Under the pieces are notes generated by a model. It was not told the origin of the DNA and did no database searches. It worked only from the letters and a program-made list of their open reading frames with translations. A stretch of 64,000 nucleotides of DNA, taken from an uncultured Planctomycetaceae bacterium (GTDB lineage Bacteria; Planctomycetota; Planctomycetia; Planctomycetales; Planctomycetaceae). Below are positions 11,180-20,300 of this stretch, in pieces. The translations under genes were made by a program, and so were the position numbers. Location of the stretch: assembly GCA_963815195.1 (NCBI GenBank), contig CAWFGE010000024.1, positions 1-64,000 on the forward strand, read 5' to 3'. Position 1 is the stretch's first letter; each line of letters starts with the position of its first letter.

Positions 11180-12120
11180 GCGAGGGCCGACTCCTTGATT
11201 TCGCGATCGAGTCGAAGGATGCGGGCGGCCATCTGGCCGGCCTCGAGTCCCCACTCCCGGCGCGCCCCATCCTGATCGCAAACGGGATGCAGGAACTCAT
11301 CGGGCGTGCCGATTCGCAGAAGGCGAGCCCGTTGTCGAGGCACATCCGCCAACCATTCCGCAACCGCGCCGCCTAACCCGCCTTGAATACTATGTTCCTC
11401 GATCGTGACGACCAACCGAGTCGTTTGAAAGACATCTCGAAGGGTGTCCCGGTCCAACGGCTTGACCGTGGGCATGCTCACCACCCGGCAAGAGAGGTCC
11501 CGACGCTCAAGATGTTTTGCACATTCTAGAGCGGTTGCGAGCATGTTTCCCGTGCTAAGAAGAGCCATGTCGCCGCCTTCTTGTATTTCGATTCCTTGAC
11601 CGATCTTAAACGATGGCGTGTTTCGATGAACGGCCGGCTCTCCCTTTTTTCCCAGGCGAATATAGACGGGACCCGCGTGGTCGATCGCGGCGGCGAGAGT
11701 CAGTTGAACTTCGATTGGATCGCCGGGGCAAAGCACCGTCATTTCCGGCAGCATGCGGAGGAACGCGATGTCTTCGCAGGAATGGTGTGTGGCACCTAAG
11801 CCCGCATAGCACAAGCCGCCGCCCACGCCCACGATCACCACGGGAGCCTTGTGGTAGCACACATCGACGCGGATTTGCTCGAGGCATCGCGTGGTGACGA
11901 ACGGCACGATGGTATAAACCACCGGCCGCAGTCCCGAGAGCGCCAAGCCAGCCGCCAGGCCCATCATATTGGCTTCCGCCACACCACAATTATAGAAGCG
12001 GTTGGGGAAGCGGGTTTTCAACTCATCGAACATCCGATTGCCGATGTCCCCGGAGAGCAGGACGATGCGGGGATCGGTCTCGGCGAGCTCCAAGAGTTTT
12101 TTTGCGAAAGCGTCTCTCAT
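11176..12120 (-). CDS. Transketolase-like, C-terminal (pyrimidine-binding) subunit
   Basis: MRDAF, NCGVAEANM, GATHH, PVYIRLGK, VTIEEH. Confidence 0.92.
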   Translation of the reverse strand: MRDAFAKKLLELAETDPRIVLLSGDIGNRMFDELKTRFPNRFYNCGVAEANMMGLAAGLALSGLRPVVYTIVPFVTTRCLEQIRVDVCYHKAPVVIVGVGGGLCYAGLGATHHSCEDIAFLRMLPEMTVLCPGDPIEVQLTLAAAIDHAGPVYIRLGKKGEPAVHRNTPSFKIGQGIEIQEGGDMALLSTGNMLATALECAKHLERRDLSCRVVSMPTVKPLDRDTLRDVFQTTRLVVTIEEHSIQGGLGGAVAEWLADVPRQRARLLRIGTPDEFLHPVCDQDGARREWGLEAGQMAARILRLDREIKESALA

Positions 12121-12936
12121 GCCGCCCCTAGCTCGCTCAGGGCGTTTGCGAGTTCCGCTTCGTTCGGGATGCGGTAGTGCCAGTTGTTGTCATCTTCCAT
12201 GAAAGAAATCCCGCGTCCTTTTACGGTCTGGGCAATGACGGCCGTGGGGCGATCCGCCGTTTCCCGCGCGGGTCATGGCGAGAGTCAACGCCTTGATATC
12301 GTGCCCGTCGACTTCGACGGCCCGCCAGCCGAAGGCTTGCCATTTGTCGGCGAGCGGGGCAAGTCGAAGGATTTCATCGGACCGGCCCGTGGCTTGCCAA
12401 CGGTTATAGTCGATAATAACGGCGACTTGATGCAGTCCCAAGGCGGGGGCCGTCATCGCGGCTTCCCAGACCGACCCTTCGTTGCATTCCCCGTCACTGA
12501 GAACGACCCACACCCGATAGGTTTGCTCCTGGATCTTGCCCGCCAAAGCCATGCCCAGGCCAAGAGGCAATCCGTGACCTAAAGAGCCGGTCGCAGCTTC
12601 GACGCCGGGAATGCAACGGGGACTCATTTGTTCGGGAAGGGAACTGCCCGGTTTTGCATAAGTCGCGAGCTGAGCCGGCGGAATATAACCTCGCTGGGCC
12701 AACGCCGCATAGAGGGCCGCCGCCGCGTGGCCTTTGCTCAAGATAACGCGGTCTCGATCAGAGTTCTGGATTGTCTCCGGGCTAACATTCGCAGCTTCCC
12801 AATACAGGGCGACGAGAATCTCCACCGTGGATAACGCCGATCCCAAATGCGGAGCCTGCCCGGTATGCGACATCCCGACGAGATGCCGGCGAATTTGACG
12901 GGCCTGGTTTTCAAGATGATCCAACGCGTGTTTCAT
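12117..12936 (-). CDS. Transketolase-like, N-terminal ThDP-binding subunit
   Basis: HLGSALS, DRVILSKGHA, GSLGHG, SDGECNEGSVWE. An indel near 12250 shifts the tail PTAVIAQTVKGRGISFMEDDNNWHY to a stop at 12117. Confidence 0.92.
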
Positions 12937-13940
12937 GTCCTGCCGGTTTGTTCCTGAATCTTAAAATGCTGCATGGTGCGGATGTTGTAGTATTTCGGAT
13001 CGGTCATCGAGTCGGGAATCTTGCCGGCTTGAAAAGCGTCGCATAAATCGCGGACGGCTTGTCGAATTGTCTGTCTCGGCCGAAAGCCGATGTCTTTCTC
13101 GATCTTGTCCGACGTGATGCGGTAAGACCGAAGGTCGTCGGTCGGCTCAAACGCAATCTCGACATCCTTTCCGACCTCTTCTCGAACCATCTCGGCAATC
13201 GATGCGACCGTGAGATTCTCATAACCTGCGTTCCAAACTTGACCGGACACAGCGTCCCTCGGCAATTGGAGGAGCTTGATATAGAGATCCGTCAGATCCT
13301 CGATATGGATATTCGGACGGTACTGCGAACCGCCGAACACGCGGATGCGGCGGTTAGTCACGGCGTGATTTGTCAAGATGTTGACGGTCAGGTCCAACCG
13401 CAGCCGCGGCGAGTAACCGCAGACAGTCGCGGGCCGGAGCGTGACCGTCGTGAAGTCCGGCGATTCATACTCGGCGAGTATCTCTTCGCATAAGGCTTTA
13501 TAGCGGGAATAGTCGGTCAAGGGTTCGCAGGGCAAATCTTCGGTGACGCGATCTTCCGGCTTCACTCCGTAAACGCTCGATGAGGAGGCGTAAATAAACC
13601 GATGGACGCCGGCTTTCCGGGAGAGTTCCACCAGCGGCCGAAAACTATCGTAATTGATGGAACGCCCCAGTTCGGGATCCAACTCGAAGCTGGGATCGTT
13701 CGAGATACATGCCAGATGAATGACGGCGTCTGAATTCTCCAGGCACTGCCGGACGACTCTTTGATCGCGGAGATCCCCGGCGATGAGTTCCAGATTGGGA
13801 TGATTGGGAAGCGTATCCCGGCCGAAGAAACACAGATCCAGCACATGAACACGATAGCCCGCACTCAAGAGTTTGGGCACCAGCACCGATCCGACGTAAC
13901 CGGCGCCGCCTGTAACGAAAACATGTTCGATGGGCTTCAA
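12933..13940 (-). CDS. NAD-dependent NDP-sugar epimerase/dehydratase (extended SDR)
   Basis: VTGGAGYVG, HLACISNDP, SSSSVYG, YSRYK; probable TTG start at 13940. Confidence 0.9.
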   Translation of the reverse strand: MKPIEHVFVTGGAGYVGSVLVPKLLSAGYRVHVLDLCFFGRDTLPNHPNLELIAGDLRDQRVVRQCLENSDAVIHLACISNDPSFELDPELGRSINYDSFRPLVELSRKAGVHRFIYASSSSVYGVKPEDRVTEDLPCEPLTDYSRYKALCEEILAEYESPDFTTVTLRPATVCGYSPRLRLDLTVNILTNHAVTNRRIRVFGGSQYRPNIHIEDLTDLYIKLLQLPRDAVSGQVWNAGYENLTVASIAEMVREEVGKDVEIAFEPTDDLRSYRITSDKIEKDIGFRPRQTIRQAVRDLCDAFQAGKIPDSMTDPKYYNIRTMQHFKIQEQTGRT

Positions 13941-13972
13941 TGTTTTGGGTCCAGATTTCGGAGAAGGAGAGG

Positions 13973-15480
13973 TTATTTCAATAAGGATTCGACGTGGCGG
14001 CGGAAGGCGGCTTCTACCAAGTACTGCGAATGGCCGACCGCGCTGACGGCCTCCGCACCGGCCACGTTTCCCAAAAAGGCGAGTTGATCGAGTGGAAGTC
14101 GCAGATAGGCACACAGCGCCGTGAGGGCGAAAAAGGTGTCGCCCGCGCCGACTCGGTCGCGAACCTGAGTCGCCAGGCTGGGAGAGCGGGCAGATCCTCT
14201 TTCCCGATCATAACAGAGGCATCCCGCCTGGCCAACGGTCACGCAGAGCGTGCCGATCTCCAAACGCTCGGCCAAGGTTTGGAGCATTTCCGGGCGAACT
14301 TCCCCTCGTTCGCGGCGTTCGATTTCCAGCTCGCGCTGCGCCAGGCACACGTAGTCGGCCCGCGGATATTTGGAGATCGAATGAAAGCCGAAGTTGGCGG
14401 CGTTCGCCTGCGGATGGACGGCGAGAAAAGCCTCCTCTTCGGAAAGCCCGCGAATGGTTTCGCCACTGAGCATGCCGTGCCCGAAATCGGAAACCACGAT
14501 CACATCCTGCTGCGGGGACAACTCGGCGAGCAGGTCTTGCAAATGCCGATCTTCCTCCGCCGGCCAGGGCGCCTCGTTGAGAAAATCCACGGCAAACAGT
14601 GGCACGCCGAAGTAGGATTCGCGGTAGCGGCGCTTCACGATCGTCGGAGAGTTCGGCTTGGCCACAAAGTGCGGCGTCACGTTCTCGCGAAGCTGCCGGC
14701 GGATCCAATCTTCCTCGGGCGACGCGCTACCGATCATCGCACACAGCGTCACCTCATCGCAGAAGCCGGCCAGATGATTGGCGACGGCGAGAGCGCCCCG
14801 GCGAACCGCTGCTGGTTTTCATAACGGGCAACGAGCACGGGGGCTTTGGACGACATCCCCGATGCCGAGCAGTTGAAATACTCGTCGATAATCGCCTCGC
14901 CCACGACCAACACCTTGGTCGGCCGAGCGTTTTCGAGCGGTTCGAGCAAATCCGCACTCGCGTACTTCTCGCGAAACGCCCGCAGGTAGTTTTCCGTCTC
15001 GCGGGAGAAAGGGGACAGGTAATGATTCAAAAGAAACGAGGAACTCGACGTCACATCCTCGATAAACTCCACCCGCCCGCCGACTCGCTGGACCACGGCT
15101 TCTTCCTGGAGCAGCGCGGGCGTCTTTTGATCGCGAAACTCCGCCCCTTTGCAGTAGATGTGCGGCTGGATCGCTTCGATCACCGCGGCCGCGGTGGGGG
15201 CTTCGTTGATCGCCACGAAGTCCACGCAATCGAGCGCGGCCAAGGCGTCGGCCCGGTATTCCTGATGAAACACCGGACGATGCGGCCCTTTGTTGACAAA
15301 GCGATCCGCCGTCAGCGTGACGACCAGAATGTCGCCCAAACGCTTCGCCTTCTGCAAATACCGGATATGACCGATGTGCAGAAGATCGAACACGCCGTGG
15401 CAGTGGACGATCCTCCGCCCCTGGGCTTTCAGGCCGGCCATCCGCTCGGTCAATTCGGGAAGCGACTGCACTTTGCTCAT
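13973..15480 (-). CDS. Bifunctional nucleotidyl(cytidylyl)transferase / PfkB kinase, HldE/RfaE-like with reversed domain order
   Basis: N-terminal HCHGVFDLLHIGH (HIGH) in ORF 14749-15495 and C-terminal DRVGAGDTF PfkB signature in ORF 13973-14752. The two join if one G is added to the G-run near 14797 (RFAGGALAVANHLAGF). Confidence 0.88.
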
Positions 15481-15505
15481 GCGGAAGGAAAACATGCGAG
15501 GTTAT

Positions 15506-15538
15506 GAAAACGGGACGGTCGCCAGTCCCTTTATTTTC
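15506..15538. repeat. REP-like palindrome
   Basis: GAAAAcGGGACggtcgccaGTCCCtttaTTTTC, at the junction between the sugar operon and the XPB relic. Confidence 0.35.
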
Positions 15539-15567
15539 CCAGTCCCTGCTCGACAAAGCAAGATGCC

Positions 15568-15780
15568 TCAGAAAATGAGAGCGAATCGGTCGGTCTTGTC
15601 GAGAATCTCCGAAATCCATTGCCGGGTCGAGGTGACGTTGGTCGTGAGGATCAACGTCGAAGCCTTGGCTTCCGCCATGCACGCCAACCCCACAATCGTT
15701 TTGCCCGCCCCGCAGGGCAGCACAATCACCCCGGACCCGCCGCGGTCCGTTCCGCCGGCGTAGAAGATCTCCGCCGCCTC
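15568..15780 (-). pseudogene. Fragment of XPB/Rad25-like DNA repair helicase
   Basis: Manual translation (not in the ORF track): EAAEIFYAGGTDRGGSGVIVLPCGAGKTIVGLACMAEAKASTLILTTNVTSTRQWISEILDKTD. Walker A VLPCGAGKT plus motif Ia; no start and no downstream motifs. Confidence 0.85.
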
Positions 15781-15784
15781 GGTT

Positions 15785-16085
15785 CGTCACTGCCATTGTA
15801 TCGATCGGCTTTCAGGATCTTTCCCGCCACAAAAAACCGGCCCGTTTGCTCGAAGAGGTACGGGTTGAAATGCGCCTCCTTACACAGCCGCTACGCATCC
15901 GCCATGTTCGGAGCCCCATCGACTTTCGCTTTCACGCGTCCCGAGAGCAGCATGGCCGCGATCGCCCGCCGCCAGTATTCGGTGTAGGGAACCTGGGGCT
16001 CGTCCTCGGAAGATTCGGAAACCAGATCCTTGACGGGTTTCGTGGATTGCTGTTTGACAAACTGCTTGATGGATTGGGGAATCAT
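15785..16085 (-). pseudogene. Truncated hypothetical gene with internal stop, fused out of frame to the XPB fragment
   Basis: MIPQSIKQF...YWRRAIAAMLLSGRVKAKVDGAPNMADA*RLCKEAHFNPYLFEQTGRFFVAGKILK; protein-like sequence continues past TAG 15891. Confidence 0.5.
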
Positions 16086-16516
16086 TTTTGACCCGAAAGA
16101 AACGCTGTGCCTGAGACGTCCAAATTCTTCGCCGCCCCGCGCGATCCTGGCAGGCCTCAGGCCGTCTTTCAATGCACGATTTTTGATTTCTCCACGATTC
16201 GGCCCAACTCGCGTTCCGCAACAAGACGCGGCAGATCGCTTTCGCGAGAGGCCTTTCCTTTGAAGCAATAATCCGTCATGTTTGGCGTCGCGGAAGGAGT
16301 TTTCTAAACGTCTCGCGATGCTCAATGGAGTCAAGCGGCGATCCGATGCTGACAATATCTCGGGCCGAAGGTTTCGTTTTGCGACGGCGTCTCTCGTTGT
16401 TCGTTTTTGAAAATCGGCGGATTGGCATTGGGGTTTGAGCTTGCGGGAACTCCTCCGAGCCGAAAAAACAGAGGGGCCGGGGCGGTCCCACAAATCGGTG
16501 ATTATGACCTTTTTGA

Positions 16517-16651
16517 CGGCGGGTCCTCGCACCAGCACACCTAACGCGCAAAGCCCACAAAAACTCCATTTACGATCTGTCGTTCTCAAAAGACGGCCAA
16601 AAGTTCGCATCAGCCGGCTTTGACCGCACGGCTCATGTTTGGGCGATTTGA
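16517..16651 (+). pseudogene. Isolated C-terminal WD40 repeat relic
   Basis: Manual translation from 16550: KAHKNSIYDLSFSKDGQKFASAGFDRTAHVWAI*, a canonical WD40 unit. In-frame stop at 16514 and no start codon. Confidence 0.75.
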
Positions 16652-16840
16652 GAATCGGCGACATCCGTTTTCTGTTCGGGACGGCGCGTGGAGGAGCGGC
16701 GGACAATGGGCCAACTCGCAGAGCCTCTCGACCCGGCTCGATTCCGCGCGATCCTCGACTTGTGTCTTGCTTCCAACCAGTCGCCGGCATGCCAATACTG
16801 TCATACTTGGGACTACCGATCCTGCATCACACCGCATGTA

Positions 16841-16893
16841 TTTTCGGATTATCGAAAAAGTGCTTGACGGGGCGTTTGAGCCGGTTTTACAAT
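16841..16893 (+). promoter_or_regulatory. Sigma70-like promoter with upstream palindrome, probably driving the giant gene
   Basis: TTGACG (16864)-N18-TACAAT (16888); inverted repeat TTTTCG-gattat-CGAAAA at 16841-16858. Confidence 0.45.
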
Positions 16894-17366
16894 CCACTCT
16901 CCTATTTCAATAGGTGATACCCCCATGTTTTGGCTGGGGGTTCGACGGGTTCTAAAGCATTTCGTCTGCGTCTCAACTCACTCGGCGGGAATCAGTTCAT
17001 GGTGTCCAATCCATATCGCCTCATCAGCGGCAACGTCCTTCTGCATGATTCCCGTTTTCCGCCATTCCGCATTTCCGTTCATGGCTATTGCGGTTCCCGC
17101 AATCGCAGCCCTTAAGGCCCGCCGCGCGGCCTGGTTCCGGGAGCACCTTCCGGCCCCAGTTCTCGAGACACGCTCCGATATTCGGTCGTTTGCCGTTCGG
17201 CGGCATTGAGGATCATTTGAGCATCGTTCCGGAAACGCACGCCGCAACGAGAATGAACCGCTGATCCAGCCGAAGTTTCTCATGGTGCGAATCGTCCGTT
17301 GAAGCCCGCGCGATGGGTTTCGGTGTTTGGTTCGGTTTTGTGCTCCGATTCTTAAAGGGCCGCGCC

Positions 17367-20300
17367 ATGTTGCTTCTGGATTGGCTGAATGCGCTGAAGA
17401 TTCGCTTTGCCTATTCCTCCCGCCGACTTCGCCTGACGAGGCGCAGCCGCCGGATGCCCTGGAGCCTGGCGGAACGTCTCGAACGGCGTGTGCTGTTAAC
17501 GACCCTGGTGGTGACGACGACGGACGATTCCGGAGCCGGTTCGCTGCGTCAGGCCCTTCTCGACGCCAATGCCATTCCCGGCGCGGACGAAATCACGTTT
17601 TCCATTTCCACGAGCGACACGGGTTTCGTCGATGCGGATTCCAGCCTCGCGGGCGGGGACGCGGCTGCCGACGTATTTGTGATTCATCTCGGTTCCGCTT
17701 TGCCGGCGCTCACCGACGACGGCACGACCATCGACGGCCGGACGCAAACGGCTTCCACGGGCGACACCAATCCGTTCGGGCCGGAGATCGTGCTCGACGG
17801 CAGCACCGCCGGCAGCGGTGCGAATGGTTTGACTGTCTCTTCGGACAACAACTCGATCTTCGGCCTCAATATCCAGGGATTTTTGGGCAACGGCATCTCG
17901 ATTGCAAGCGGCGGCCATAACCAAATCGGAAGCAACTTCATCGGCACCAACGCGACCGGCACCCTCGGTTTCGGTAATTTGGATGACGGCATTTCGCTGA
18001 CGGCCGGCGCCCATTCCAACACGATCGGTGGGACGACAGCAGCGAACGGAAATCTGATCAGCGGGAATAACGGAAATGGCGTTCGCATTGGAGGCAGCGG
18101 AACGAGCCAGAACATTGTGGCCGGCAACATAATCGGATTGAATGCCTCCGGGAATGCCACGCTGGCCAATGGCGGCGAAGGGGTCTTCATTGACAGCGGT
18201 GCATCGCAGAACCTCATTGGCGGGAGCACGACCGCCGCACGCAATATCATCACTGGAAACGGCAGCGATGGAATTGAGATCAACGGGGCCGGATCGGACT
18301 TCAACACGGTCGCCGGCAACTTCATCGGCACGGATATTACCGGGACGATCGGGCTTGCGGCGCCGCTCGATGGCCGCGACGGGATTCGGCTTGTCGGCGG
18401 CGTCCAGTCGAACGTCATCGGGACGAATGGTGACGGAGTCGCCGATGCGGCCGAGGGCAACTTGATTTCCGGAAATGCGGATGAAGGCATCGAAATCACC
18501 GGCGGTTCGAGTCTCAATGTCGTCGCTGGCAATGTGATTGGGCTCAATGGGTCCGGAACCCAGGCGCTCGGAAACGGCGGAGTCGGCATCAAGATGGAGC
18601 TCGGCTCGGCCAACAACCGCGTCGGCACGAATGGCGATGGAGTTAGCGACGTGCTCGAGCGGAATGTCATTTCCGCCAATGGGCAGAACGGCGGCGTGCT
18701 GATTGAGGACGTTGGATCGGACAACAACATCGTCGCGGGCAATTTGATTGGCACCAATGCGGCCGGAACGGCTGCGATCGGCAACTTGAATTATGGAGTG
18801 CGCATCCAGAATGGGGCCAAGTTCAACCGCATCGGCACCAATGGCGACGGCAACTTTGATGCCGACGAACGGAATGTGATTTCCGGAAGCCAACTTGACG
18901 GCGTGCGGATTAACGATGCAGCCACCACGGGAAATATTGTCGCCGGGAACTTCATCGGCACCGATGTCAACGGCACGCTGGATCTGGGAAACGCCGGCAG
19001 TGGCGTGGCGATCGACAATGCTCCGAACAACATCATCGGCGGCTCCGTTGCCAGTGCGCGGAACATCATTTCGGGTAACACGGCGGATGGCATTCAGATC
19101 AGTGGGACGAGTGCCGCCGCAAATATCATCGCGGGGAACTATATTGGTACGGACATCACCGGCACGCTCGATCGGGGCAATGCTTTGCATGGCGTGCTGG
19201 TCCAGAATGCCGCGACGAACAACCGCATTGGGACGGACGCGGACGGCAGCGGCGATGCTGCCGAGCGGAACGTGATCTCGGGGAATACAGGGGATGGCAT
19301 CCGCATATTAGGGGCGGGAACCGATGGGAACGTCATCGCCGGAAACTACATCGGGACGAATGCGGCGGGCAGCGCGGCCCTTGGCAATTCCGGCGGTGGC
19401 GGCGGAGTGTACGTGGTTAATGGTGCGGCCAATACGCTGATCGGCGGCACGACTCCAGGGGCCGGAAACGTGATCTCCGGGAACAACGGATCAAGCGGCG
19501 AGGGAATTGAGATCGAGTCGGCCGGGGGAACGATGGTGTTCGGAAATATCATCGGCCTGAATGCCACCGGAACTTTCGATCTGGGAAACCGCCAAGCCGG
19601 CGTATTCCTCGATCGGGCGTTCAACACCATCGTCGGCGGACCCACAGCGGCCCACAGGAACATCATATCCGGCAATGACGCCGGATATGCCGGTGGTGTC
19701 TGGATGAATCTCCCGCAGGCGACCGGCAACGTGGTCCAGGGCAATTACGTCGGCACGGACATCACCGGCACGCTGGCGGTGCCGAACATTGGTCCGGGCG
19801 TGCGACTCAGCGGCGGGGCTAACGGGAACCGGATCGGCTCCAATGGCGATGGACTAAACGATGCAACCGAAGGGAATCTAATTCGAGGCAATAATTCCGC
19901 CGGCGTACTCATCGTGGACGGCGCATCGACCAGCAACACGATTCGCGGCAATTCGATCTTCGGCAATGCGGGGCTGGGGATCGATTTGGGCGGAGACGGC
20001 GTGACCGCGAACGATGCCGGCGATTCGGACAGTGGACCGAACCAGTTGCAGAACTTCCCCGTGCTGGCCGCCGCGCTCACGATTGACAGCGAGGCGACGG
20101 AGGTGGTCGGCTCGTTCGGCAGTCTGCCCAATGCCGACTACACCATCGACTTTTATGCCAATGCCGCCGCCGATCCCAGCGGCTACGGCGAAGGCGAACG
20201 ATACCTGGGCAGCAAGACCGTGACGACGGATGGATCGGGAAATGCCTCCTTCAGTGCAATCGTCGGTGTATCGACCCTGGGAGAACTCGTCACGGCAACG

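Noticed and set aside
11176..12936. Housekeeping transketolase or DXP synthase call
   Set aside because: The split short subunits embedded in an NDP-sugar operon point to a specialised role, so no gene symbol was assigned.
14790..14800. Homopolymer frameshifts as phase-variation switches
   Set aside because: The runs are short (4-6 nt) and similar indels occur in all gene classes; sequencing error is more parsimonious.
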